Positions 40,997-50,256 of a DNA stretch of 64,000 nt are shown here, piece by piece. Location: positions 21,895 through 85,894 of the IMG/VR virus record IMGVR_UViG_3300045988_115355; one strand, 5' to 3'. The position numbers and the translations under genes are program-made. This DNA is from a virus. The notes beneath the pieces were generated by a model. It saw nothing but the letters and a program-made list of their open reading frames with translations, did not search any database and was not told where the DNA came from. Position 1 is the first letter of the stretch; the number at the start of each line of letters is the position of its first letter.

Positions 40997-41647
40997 TTAC
41001 TTCACTATAGTTACAAATCTATTACTATCTGATTTAATGTAAGGATTTCTTTCCTTCACCTCCACATTAATCACAGTATGTTTCTTTTGAAACCACCTTA
41101 ATAAGAAAAACTTCTTAGGAGGCTCAATAGTCTCTTTCCTTGCAAAAGTAATAATATATTTCTCACTCTTAAAGTAAGGACTTACTACTAAAGCATTTGG
41201 ATAATGTAAACTAAGTTTAAGTCTATACCATTCATTATTTAATGTAGTGTCTATCTTTGTATTATTCTTAAAGATAGTATCTCTTAAATGTAGTGTGTCT
41301 ACTTTAGTGATAGTTGTCTTTAAATAACTATAGCTGACTAAAGATTTAGGTTTAACCTTTAGTTGCTTCATAGTGCTTAACAATTCCTTTGATATATAAT
41401 CATTGGCATTCTTAAGCTCTCTTACTTTTAACTCATACATCTTAGCTTTATCAGGCAGAGAATCTTGCTCTGCCTGCATAGCTTTAATAGTGATAACAGC
41501 TCTTTTGTATTCACTCTTATAATAGTGATATTCCTTATAACCTGCTATACATACTATCATAGTTACTATAAAGAAAGTAACATATAATGTTTTTAAATTT
41601 AAGTACCTCATGTTATTCAGCATTTTTATAAGTAAAAGCAGACCCAT
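40997..41647 (-). CDS. N-terminal-TM plus coiled-coil protein (216 aa), spanin-like
   Basis: TM helix LYVTFFIVTMIVCIAG followed by coiled-coil (AMQAEQDSLPDKAKMYELKVRELKNAN). Confidence 0.4.
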   Translation of the reverse strand: MGLLLLIKMLNNMRYLNLKTLYVTFFIVTMIVCIAGYKEYHYYKSEYKRAVITIKAMQAEQDSLPDKAKMYELKVRELKNANDYISKELLSTMKQLKVKPKSLVSYSYLKTTITKVDTLHLRDTIFKNNTKIDTTLNNEWYRLKLSLHYPNALVVSPYFKSEKYIITFARKETIEPPKKFFLLRWFQKKHTVINVEVKERNPYIKSDSNRFVTIVK

Positions 41648-43616
41648 CTAAATCACCTGCAATTCTTTCACCTCTTATAATAGTATCATCCATTAAGAAT
41701 TGCATGTTAAAAGCAAGACCTATAGAATCAGGTAAAAAGCCTCCTATAAAGAAGTTAACTATTTTATCCGTAAAGGTTGAGAAGTCATCCATCTTTACTA
41801 CACAGATAGCTTCATTCTTAGTGCAAGGAGCATCAAAGTCTATAAATAGGAACTTTAATTTATTACCTAAATTATAAACCTTAAATTTGTTATAATAAGA
41901 AATTCCCTTCCTAACAGGTATATCAATATATAATCCATTTAATGTTCCTTTATAGTAATTTAAACCATTAGCAACAGGATGAGGATAAATTCTTAAAGTT
42001 CTCTTATCATCTTGAAGTATTACTAATTGTTTGATTTTAGTAGGTATAGCACTCCAAGGCTTACAAATTCCTCTATATAATAGATTATGGTCTACTTTCC
42101 AAGTAGTAGGATTTATTTGTTTTCTCTCTAACAGAAGACCTGTGTAAATCAAGGTATTTACTAAAGAAGTTGAGAGAGCACTATACAATATAGAATTATT
42201 AGCAATATACTCATTTTTGAAAGCATACCCTAAACCTGTTATTGTGTGCAACTTTGTAGGGTCATCAGGAAACTCATAGAGTTTTAGAGTACACCTATCA
42301 GTTAAAGGTAATAACCAAAAAAGAACAATATATTCATGTAAAGAAATAGTCCTGTTTTTATTATAAGCATACTCATAATGTAAATTAGGGTCAAGTCTTG
42401 TAATAAAACAATCTTTCTCTGAAAAATTGTTATCCGTAGGAGTTGCTTCTACTTTTCCATATATCTCACAATTCTTAGAATCGTGAGAACCTACCAAAAC
42501 TTTCTTATCTGGGTAGATTAAGTTCTTATTATATTTTTTAGAAATACTATTAAAGAATGCTCCAACATACCCCATAGGAAATAGTTGGTATTCATCACTA
42601 ATAGGATATAAAGACAGCCTTATTTCTAAAGTACCCGTATTATCTACTTTCACTTTATAATAAAAAGATTGCCATATTACACAAGTATCTCCTTCTGAAA
42701 AATTTTCATCATAAGCGCTCTCTCCCATGTAATAAGGATTACCTCTCATAGAAGCATAAGGACTACCACCTGCTATCATACAATTTCTCAAAGTATTATG
42801 CACAGGAAGAGTGTAAGACAGAGTTGAGTTACCTACTCTTTCTATCTTATCTAAAGTTTTAAATCTCACACCATAGGACAGCATATCCTCCATAGCTGTA
42901 AGATTAACAGAGCTGCCTCTCAAACTGTTGATAGCATTAGTATTATTTCTAATGTTATTTTCATTAGCAGTAACCTTTGGTGTTAAAGTATTTATACCAT
43001 TCTGAAGAGAGGTAACTTTACCCTCAACGGCAGCTACTCTTGTCTTAAGATTATTGACATCTGTCTTAAGATTTCCTATATCTGTTTTGTTAGTATTGAT
43101 TTGAGCTTTATTGGCTGTATTATCTGTTTTTAAAGAAGCTATGTCATTCTTATTGGTAGTAGCCTGATTATTAACTCCTGTTATTCTATTATTAATAGCA
43201 GGAATAGTAGTATTGTTAATAGTACCTACAGAGTTCTTTAATCCTTCTATCATAGGTTTTCTTGCATCTAAGATAGCTTTATTAGCTGCAATAGCTGTCT
43301 TATTATCATTTATCAACGGTTTAAGATTACTGTTGATATATTGTTGTACAGTATTAGTAACATCTGTTTTAATCTGTTGTAGCTGTGTAGGATTAATTGT
43401 GTTACTATGAGCCTCTAAAGTTAATAATCTATTCTTAATATCTTGTAAATCCTGTGGCGATAAGATACTTGAAAGATTAATCTCTCTCCATGCTTTTGCA
43501 GTCTCATCATAATACTTACTGATGAGTGATACACTTAACCCTGATATATTTAAAGATAGCCAAAGTACTGACTTATCTAATGGTTCTAAACTTCCAAATA
43601 CTACTTGCATAATCAA
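41613..43616 (-). CDS. Tail fibre protein (667 aa) with shared N-terminal anchor motif and Asn/Thr-rich coiled-coil repeats
   Basis: N-terminus LEPLDKSVLWL paralogous to the three upstream genes; repeats NTNKTDIGNLKTDVNNLKTRV typical of fibre shafts. Confidence 0.6.
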   Translation of the reverse strand: MIMQVVFGSLEPLDKSVLWLSLNISGLSVSLISKYYDETAKAWREINLSSILSPQDLQDIKNRLLTLEAHSNTINPTQLQQIKTDVTNTVQQYINSNLKPLINDNKTAIAANKAILDARKPMIEGLKNSVGTINNTTIPAINNRITGVNNQATTNKNDIASLKTDNTANKAQINTNKTDIGNLKTDVNNLKTRVAAVEGKVTSLQNGINTLTPKVTANENNIRNNTNAINSLRGSSVNLTAMEDMLSYGVRFKTLDKIERVGNSTLSYTLPVHNTLRNCMIAGGSPYASMRGNPYYMGESAYDENFSEGDTCVIWQSFYYKVKVDNTGTLEIRLSLYPISDEYQLFPMGYVGAFFNSISKKYNKNLIYPDKKVLVGSHDSKNCEIYGKVEATPTDNNFSEKDCFITRLDPNLHYEYAYNKNRTISLHEYIVLFWLLPLTDRCTLKLYEFPDDPTKLHTITGLGYAFKNEYIANNSILYSALSTSLVNTLIYTGLLLERKQINPTTWKVDHNLLYRGICKPWSAIPTKIKQLVILQDDKRTLRIYPHPVANGLNYYKGTLNGLYIDIPVRKGISYYNKFKVYNLGNKLKFLFIDFDAPCTKNEAICVVKMDDFSTFTDKIVNFFIGGFLPDSIGLAFNMQFLMDDTIIRGERIAGDLDGSAFTYKNAE

Positions 43617-45106
43617 TATATTAAATTAACATGATAATGATTTTCTTCTAAACACATCTTAAGATATTTAATCTCTTCTTCTACAAAGATATTATCTTTC
43701 AATGTTAACTGCAAGGAGACAGAGTGACTTACTTTAGGTAACACAGCTAATAACTCTGTTAAAGAAACATTGAAATTATCTTTATGTGGAATAGTAACGT
43801 TTAAAGATTTAACGTTACTATCCTCTATACTATACAATAAGGATAGGTTATTCTTATCTACACTGTTGGTATAATCTATGGTGAGCCTATCTATAGTAGC
43901 ATTTATAAATACTTCTGTGCCTTTAATACTACCACCATTATCTATAATAGTAACATCCTTAAAAGTACTATTCTTAAACATCCAATACAAGGAAACATCA
44001 TTACACAGCTCTAAGGTTATGTTTGTATTAGGAGCTATAATAGTATTAAAAGTACTATTGAAATCTGTAACATGTTTTCTATACCTATCCTTAAAAAGAG
44101 TTTCTATAAGGAGTACCTTCTCTTTAAATGAAACATCATCTTCTCTACTGTTTAATAGTAAAGATTGAGCTTTGAGTTCCCCTAACAGATAGCTCATACT
44201 ATACTCTTTTAAAGAGGACAGTAAGGAGACAAAGTTATCTTTATCTTCAATATCTGACAAGAGGCAGTCTAATACCTTCGATTTCTGTTGATTATCTCTA
44301 ATAACAGAAGAGTAAGGATTACCTGTACTATCACATTCTGTAATGCTGTAACCATAAAAAACTAAATCTTTTCTATTAACAGGAGGCAGAGTATTATTAA
44401 GATACCCTTCTGTAGTTATGATGGGATACTTCTCTTTTAAGATATCAACCATTTCCTGTGAAAGATTAACTATATGAGATAATTTAATATCCCATAATTC
44501 TCCATCCTCTGTTCTTATAAACTTATCATTTGTATATAATGCTTGAAGAAGGTCCATACCTTGCAGTGATTTATCATTACCAAAAATACCATCTATTAAT
44601 AAAGTATGCTTAACTTTACTTGTAACATCTAAATGATGTAAGAACAACTTACACTGTTCTTTGGTATCTATATTTCCTACTTGAATAGTAAATATCTTAG
44701 GTGTTTCATCTCCTATATACATAGGAGAAGGAACAACTAAATTGGTAGTAGCATCATTCCTGAAAATAGTAATATCAGGTAGTGCTCTGACAGTATTAAC
44801 ATCTATAGTAGTATCTATCACCACACCTTCAAAGGTTTCTACTATTGAAGGGATGCTGTTCTTATTGATATAGTTATCTCTATAGGTGACGATAGGCACC
44901 TCTACTATCTTCTCTACCTCTTCACCTGTCTCTATAACAAAAGGAGGTTTAGTGTTTAAGGTCTTGATGTAATTATCATCTATATACATCTTAGCCACAG
45001 GTCTCCACCCACTATTAGTATAGATGTAAACCAAGTTACCGCCATCCTCTTTATACCAAAGTACAGAAGTACTTGGTGGTTCTGCTATTCCTCTATATAT
45101 CTCCAT
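43613..45106 (-). CDS. Tail fibre/receptor-binding protein paralog (497 aa)
   Basis: N-terminus MEIYRGIAEPPSTSVLWYKEDGGNLVYIYTNSGW shares G.xEP...LW.K...Y.Y.N.GW motif with neighbours. Confidence 0.55.
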   Translation of the reverse strand: MEIYRGIAEPPSTSVLWYKEDGGNLVYIYTNSGWRPVAKMYIDDNYIKTLNTKPPFVIETGEEVEKIVEVPIVTYRDNYINKNSIPSIVETFEGVVIDTTIDVNTVRALPDITIFRNDATTNLVVPSPMYIGDETPKIFTIQVGNIDTKEQCKLFLHHLDVTSKVKHTLLIDGIFGNDKSLQGMDLLQALYTNDKFIRTEDGELWDIKLSHIVNLSQEMVDILKEKYPIITTEGYLNNTLPPVNRKDLVFYGYSITECDSTGNPYSSVIRDNQQKSKVLDCLLSDIEDKDNFVSLLSSLKEYSMSYLLGELKAQSLLLNSREDDVSFKEKVLLIETLFKDRYRKHVTDFNSTFNTIIAPNTNITLELCNDVSLYWMFKNSTFKDVTIIDNGGSIKGTEVFINATIDRLTIDYTNSVDKNNLSLLYSIEDSNVKSLNVTIPHKDNFNVSLTELLAVLPKVSHSVSLQLTLKDNIFVEEEIKYLKMCLEENHYHVNLIY

Positions 45107-45110
45107 TTCT

Positions 45111-46439
45111 TTAAGGTTTAAACACTAATCTGAAAGTGCCATAATAGTTACCATTGTTATTATATACTTGAATCCCAAATGGTTGTATTAATGTATTAAA
45201 TTGAGGTAATTGAATATAATGTGTAAATCCTTTAGTAAAATTAGGATTAGAAGTATTACAAAGGAATGCTAAAGCATTAACATCTATACCTGTCTTAGGT
45301 TTAGGATAATAATACTTGATATTACCTTTTGTGGTAGCAATACCACCATAATACAACTGCATTTCAAAAGGCTCATGAAGCCCCGCACAAGTTATCTTAG
45401 TATTTTCAAAAGTACCTGAGTGGGCACATATATATGAGTAAAAATTAACCAAGCCAAATAAGTTAATCCTATTTTCTTCTACAGTGAAATAAGGATGAAA
45501 GGTGGGTAGTTTAGTAGGTGTGGCAGTTACACTTGCTATATTGATAAAAGAATTATGTCTTTCTATCTCTGACTTATTTACATATTTATTATTCCTTGCA
45601 ATAATATCATAGAGTAATAACTCACCTTCCTTAGTATTTGTTCCTAAAGTAATAGTACAATTCCTACCATCTTTCCCAAAAAACTTGACAAGAGTACTTC
45701 CTATGCCTAATAAGAACAAACAGTTAAATACCCAATAGCTCATGTATTTCTCAAATGTATTTACCTTTGAAGGAATAACATTTGGATTTATATTAGACAT
45801 AGCAGTGGGAAAAGCAGCCTTTGTATATTTAGTTATATTATTGTTATTAGTGTATAATAACCTACTTATAACTATTCTATCTATAACAGCAATGGATGTA
45901 TCTAAATAAATATAGAAGACAACATGCCTGCAATCATCAGATACATGGTAATAACATTTGATAGGAGGAAGCTGAATAAAAGGATAACCCTCACTATCTT
46001 CAAATAAAGATACAGGTTTATACTCTGTATGAGGTCCTAAATAAGAAGTAGGAGTTTCATCAGGTTTTACATAAGCAAAGCTAAATACCTTATTAAACTC
46101 ATTGATATCAAAGTTACAAGACACTGAAAGTGTTTCAGTATCTATCACTTCACTTGCCCTGTTAAAGTCAAAGCTAATCTTAAAATGAGGAACATCTTTA
46201 ATCTGATTTACTTTATTTAAATGGTCTACCTCACTCTTTAAGCTCTCTATATGCTCATTAGCTGTCTGTAGAGAGTTAACCAAGTTATTCACAACACCTG
46301 CTAAGGTAGTAGGGTCTGTTGTTAAAGCCTGCCACCCTTTATTACCATAAGCCATAGCATTAAGGTTATACCCCGTATCATCAGGTTTTAACCATAATGC
46401 TTTTTTATTCTTAGGCTCTTTATATCCTTTATAAATCAT
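45111..46439 (-). CDS. Tail fibre/receptor-binding protein paralog (442 aa)
   Basis: Full-length paralog of the adjacent 447-aa gene (shared IPHFKISF...SCNFD and YFT.E..R.NLFG blocks) plus common N-terminal motif. Confidence 0.55.
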   Translation of the reverse strand: MIYKGYKEPKNKKALWLKPDDTGYNLNAMAYGNKGWQALTTDPTTLAGVVNNLVNSLQTANEHIESLKSEVDHLNKVNQIKDVPHFKISFDFNRASEVIDTETLSVSCNFDINEFNKVFSFAYVKPDETPTSYLGPHTEYKPVSLFEDSEGYPFIQLPPIKCYYHVSDDCRHVVFYIYLDTSIAVIDRIVISRLLYTNNNNITKYTKAAFPTAMSNINPNVIPSKVNTFEKYMSYWVFNCLFLLGIGSTLVKFFGKDGRNCTITLGTNTKEGELLLYDIIARNNKYVNKSEIERHNSFINIASVTATPTKLPTFHPYFTVEENRINLFGLVNFYSYICAHSGTFENTKITCAGLHEPFEMQLYYGGIATTKGNIKYYYPKPKTGIDVNALAFLCNTSNPNFTKGFTHYIQLPQFNTLIQPFGIQVYNNNGNYYGTFRLVFKP

Positions 46440-46443
46440 ATTC

Positions 46444-47787
46444 TTAATTTAATCTTACTCTTACATAAGCCTTATCTGTAGGCTTCAAACATCTTACAGG
46501 AACATAAGGAAATATATGTCCTGAAGCGCTGAAAGCATGTACTGCAAAATCCTTTGTAGTACTCCAATCCATAGGTTCAGCTACCATAAACTCATACCAT
46601 GATTTAGTCTTTTTATACTTCTCATTCTCTGTCCAGCATCTATGGTAACCGTTAAAGAATTGTTGCTCCATTCCATTAATGGGATCTATCTCTCTTCTAT
46701 ACATTTGAATAGTCCCTAATGTATCAGCAAAAGATAATACATCATTTTCAAATGTACCTCCTACAATGATATTTTGATTGGTATTATCTGTACTTATCCA
46801 ATCCCTCATACCAAATAGGTTTACTCTTCCACCTTCTAAAGTAAAGTAGGGTTTAAACTGTGGGAATGTAAAGTTAGGGTCTGGTGATAAAACTGGGTTG
46901 AAGTTTAAAGTCCCTAAATGTAATGAATCTTGCATTACCTTATATAAAGAATAACCTTTATGACCCACAGCTCCATCCTGTGTACATGCAAAACAGTTTG
47001 TATTATGGGTGTGCATGAGTGTCATTGCTATACCTAATAAGGTAAGATTATTATAAGTTCTGAAGTTCATAATACGTCTTTCCTTATACTTTTCAGGTAT
47101 AGTAGTAACAATGCCTTCTGCTTCTGCTTTAGTTACAGGTGTAGGAGGTTCCTTAATCTGAGCTTCTGTAGTTGGCAGACCACCTACAAAATGCTCATTA
47201 TGTAAGTACCTGTTAAACAGAATCCAATAATCTTTATTGGTTATACAATAAAGATAGATAGATAACGTGTAGCTGCTCTTGTCAAAAACTTTGAAAGCTC
47301 TTAGGTTAGGTACTCCTACACAAGAGTAGTTAATACTATCAGTAGTATCTGCATCTACATAATCACCCTCAAAGTGGTCACCATTCCTATAAGCTAACTT
47401 AAATGGGAAGAAATTTAAGAATTTATCCCTATCAAAGTTACAAGATACCTGTAATGTACAATCACCATATAGTGTCATAGGATAAGGATTGGTGAAAGTA
47501 ATCTTCACATGTGGTATACTGTTAATATACTTCAAGGTAGATACATCAGTCAAATCACTATTAGCAGCCTTCAGTGTTTCTACTTCTGAATTTAAGGAAG
47601 CTATTTGGTCTAATATAGGTTGTAGATTAACAGGGGGAGTGGGTGTAGGAGAGCCTGCACCACCAGCACTTGTAGCTTTTACCCATCCTTTATTGGAATA
47701 GGTATATAATACATTCTCACCATTTTCAGGTTTTACCCAAAGTTTAGTCTTATCTTTAGGTTCATCAATACCAACATGTATAGCCAT
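46444..47787 (-). CDS. Tail fibre/receptor-binding protein paralog (447 aa)
   Basis: N-terminus MAIHVGIDEPKDKTKLWVKPENGENVLYTYSNKGW; paralogous to 442-aa gene. Confidence 0.55.
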   Translation of the reverse strand: MAIHVGIDEPKDKTKLWVKPENGENVLYTYSNKGWVKATSAGGAGSPTPTPPVNLQPILDQIASLNSEVETLKAANSDLTDVSTLKYINSIPHVKITFTNPYPMTLYGDCTLQVSCNFDRDKFLNFFPFKLAYRNGDHFEGDYVDADTTDSINYSCVGVPNLRAFKVFDKSSYTLSIYLYCITNKDYWILFNRYLHNEHFVGGLPTTEAQIKEPPTPVTKAEAEGIVTTIPEKYKERRIMNFRTYNNLTLLGIAMTLMHTHNTNCFACTQDGAVGHKGYSLYKVMQDSLHLGTLNFNPVLSPDPNFTFPQFKPYFTLEGGRVNLFGMRDWISTDNTNQNIIVGGTFENDVLSFADTLGTIQMYRREIDPINGMEQQFFNGYHRCWTENEKYKKTKSWYEFMVAEPMDWSTTKDFAVHAFSASGHIFPYVPVRCLKPTDKAYVRVRLN

Positions 47788-47789
47788 AG

Positions 47790-50201
47790 TTATTTCTTTT
47801 TATCTTTATTGTTAATACTTTCTTTCTGTATATCTAACTTCTTATGATCAAGCTCCAACTTCTTATTAAACTCTCTAATCTGTTCTTTGAGTTTCAATCT
47901 CTCATGTTCTGTTTGTGGAGCTACAATACCATCATCTGTATTCTTAATAGTAGCAGCATTTACATCAGCTTCTGCCTGTATCTGTGCTACTTTAATCTTT
48001 GTCTCACTGTCTAAGTCAGCCATATATTTCTTCAACTCTAAAGCTGCTTGTTCCTGTGCTAACCTATCTTCATTCATCTGCTGTTGAGCTTTCAGATTTT
48101 CCTGCTGTGTTTGTTGTGCTTGTTGAATCTTTCTCTGCTCACTTCTCTCAATAATTCTTGTCTTCTGTGCAATACTTGAAGAAGACCATATCTTCATCAA
48201 AGCACTCATATCTACAGTACTATTCTGCATGGCAGCCTGTGCTATCATATCTAACTTCTGTAGTAACTCCATAGAATTACTATCACTGTCAACAGCCAAA
48301 CCATAGTCATTAAGAGCAAACTCATCCCCATCAATCTCCATCACTCTTTGTGATATATCTGATGTGATATATTGAAATTTAAAAGTCTTTCCTCTCATAG
48401 CTATCTTAGCTGCTTCAAGGAATGCTTCCAATACTCTTTTCTTAGTATCATCATGGATATTAAACAAAGCCTCTGTAATATAAGAAGATTGAAGAGTAGC
48501 CCTTTCAACACCTCCTACAGTTTCTCTATTACTTACTTGCCCTTCTCTTTGTCTTGATATTCCTGCTACTTCTCCCATTTCACTCTTAATCCATTCAAGC
48601 AGATTCATCATCTGTTGAATGTAATTACCTGTGTTTGAGGAAATCATACCTCTTGAAGCGTTGTTAAGATTACCTGCAAGTTTACCTTGTGCTACACCTG
48701 CATTACCTTCCTTAAAGGAATCAACTACTCCTATATGATTAATCTTGGCAAAGTATAACCATTTCTGTACATCCCACTCATCAGGAATTTTAGCCAAATC
48801 CACTTCAAGAATATCCCCCCAATTAGCTGCAATAGCATCGTTTAATCTATAATGAAGGATATCATAGAGATAGTTATAATGTTTCATCATATCTACCAAG
48901 GAGAATGGTTTATCATCATTGAGATTGTAGATAGTCCCTATAATACCAAAATGACACTTTGAAGGATTAGACATCCTTGTAAACTGTACAGGTCTTGGTC
49001 TCATGTTAACAAAGATACCACTATTAGTATTAAAAGTATCTGTAGGATTAATACTCTTATTCCCTCCTATCAGAGTTCCTTCCCATGCCTCATTAATCCA
49101 TAGTGTAGTAGCTTCTTCTCCTAAGTCTTTCCTTACTACATAGTTCTCTGCATAATAAGAAAAAACTTCCTCCCCTGTTTCTTGATTATATCTCTTTACT
49201 TTAAGTATCTTTCTCTTTGATTTCCAATATACTCTAAGTACTCTGATGTTTCCTAAGACATCATAAGGCATGAGAGATTGCAAATTCCTACCAAAGAAAG
49301 CACTTGCAGGGGTTTCAAAATTATATCCTGACAGGAAGGTATTGACAAATCCTAACCTCTCATCCCTATTACCCATACTATCTACAGGTTGGCTATTATA
49401 GGTATTTATACCTTCTATAAAGTCAATATCTTTAGGAGTAAGCTCTTCATAAAAGGTATCTATAATCTTTCCTGCTGACCAATAATCTTCAATGATTACC
49501 ACATCAGCATCTTCTATTCTATTGGAATAACCTGATTTAAAGACATGCACCTTCAAAGGGTTTAACCTTTCAAGGGTAGGCTCACCACCTACTATATCTA
49601 CTTGATAAATCTCTTCCCCTACAGTTAAAGCATCTACAAAACCATGATTGAAGATAACAGGCATATTGAGTTCTTTCTTATAATGGTTAAGTAGCTCATT
49701 AGCCCTTAACTCCATAATATCCTGCCATTCATAATTAGCATAATCATCTAACTTCTCTATCTGCTTGTTATACTCATCTTCTGATAAATGCTCATCTTCA
49801 ATGAGTTGTTTCAAAGAAGTAAAGAGCATATTCTTTTTATTCTCTTCAACCTCACTGATAGCATCAGGATTGGTGACAACTACTCTATAATCAAAAGGTC
49901 TTTTTATCTCTTCACCCCTAAGCACGTTAATCTTAGAGTTCATGATAGGATAATGCTGTATAGTATTAGGGATAAAGTTAGCCTGTATGTTATCAGGATT
50001 TAGGATAAGCTGCACATCTTGCATGTGTATCTTACCTTCTAATAAATCATAGTTAATCTTCTTATGAATTACAGATTTCCTTACCAAAGAGTAATTAAAG
50101 AAGGTTTTATTGTCAGCCCATAAAATACATTGTTTTCTCCATTCAGTAGTCTTCTTACTGAAGGATAACATCTGTCTTGGGAAAGTACGTACATCATTCA
50201 T
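47790..50201 (-). CDS. Putative portal protein (803 aa)
   Basis: Large gene immediately downstream of terminase large subunit; acidic/coiled C-terminus; size matches crAss-like portals. Confidence 0.5.
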   Translation of the reverse strand: MNDVRTFPRQMLSFSKKTTEWRKQCILWADNKTFFNYSLVRKSVIHKKINYDLLEGKIHMQDVQLILNPDNIQANFIPNTIQHYPIMNSKINVLRGEEIKRPFDYRVVVTNPDAISEVEENKKNMLFTSLKQLIEDEHLSEDEYNKQIEKLDDYANYEWQDIMELRANELLNHYKKELNMPVIFNHGFVDALTVGEEIYQVDIVGGEPTLERLNPLKVHVFKSGYSNRIEDADVVIIEDYWSAGKIIDTFYEELTPKDIDFIEGINTYNSQPVDSMGNRDERLGFVNTFLSGYNFETPASAFFGRNLQSLMPYDVLGNIRVLRVYWKSKRKILKVKRYNQETGEEVFSYYAENYVVRKDLGEEATTLWINEAWEGTLIGGNKSINPTDTFNTNSGIFVNMRPRPVQFTRMSNPSKCHFGIIGTIYNLNDDKPFSLVDMMKHYNYLYDILHYRLNDAIAANWGDILEVDLAKIPDEWDVQKWLYFAKINHIGVVDSFKEGNAGVAQGKLAGNLNNASRGMISSNTGNYIQQMMNLLEWIKSEMGEVAGISRQREGQVSNRETVGGVERATLQSSYITEALFNIHDDTKKRVLEAFLEAAKIAMRGKTFKFQYITSDISQRVMEIDGDEFALNDYGLAVDSDSNSMELLQKLDMIAQAAMQNSTVDMSALMKIWSSSSIAQKTRIIERSEQRKIQQAQQTQQENLKAQQQMNEDRLAQEQAALELKKYMADLDSETKIKVAQIQAEADVNAATIKNTDDGIVAPQTEHERLKLKEQIREFNKKLELDHKKLDIQKESINNKDKKK

Positions 50202-50223
50202 ATCAATACCTTTATTTTACTTG

Positions 50224-50231
50224 CAAATATA
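50224..50231 (-). promoter_or_regulatory. Putative -7 box (TATATTTG on minus) upstream of portal gene
   Basis: Plus CAAATATA 23 nt upstream of ATG at 50201. Confidence 0.35.
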
Positions 50232-50256
50232 GAGATTATTATTTTATGTAAGTTCA

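Noticed and set aside
43613-45106. SGNH/GDSL esterase domain in the 497-aa tail-fibre paralog (segment LIDGIFGNDKSL).
   Set aside because: Only a weak resemblance to one SGNH block. Catalytic Ser/His blocks cannot be identified by eye. Not reported as a feature.
41613-47787. Diversity-generating retroelement targeting the tail-fibre genes.
   Set aside because: No reverse-transcriptase-like ORF and no template/variable repeat pair with adenine-specific mismatches is visible in the window.
1249-49788. Numerous 60-120 aa plus-strand ORFs from the six-frame track lying inside the large minus-strand genes. These are 1249..1548, 4995..5234, 10401..10622, 12438..12653, 12949..13152, 14059..14325, 14733..14921, 15928..16176, 18016..18243, 18445..18738, 20251..20463, 20588..20770, 22217..22441, 23844..24044, 24750..25109, 26114..26350, 27062..27253, 33680..33988, 34036..34254, 34626..34895, 38603..38830, 39358..39636, 43213..43410, 43878..44168, 47489..47701, 47887..48087, 48372..48557 and 49788..50003.
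   Set aside because: All are antisense to long, well-supported ORFs. They have low-complexity hydrophobic translations typical of AT-rich antisense frames and lack their own start context. They are almost certainly spurious.
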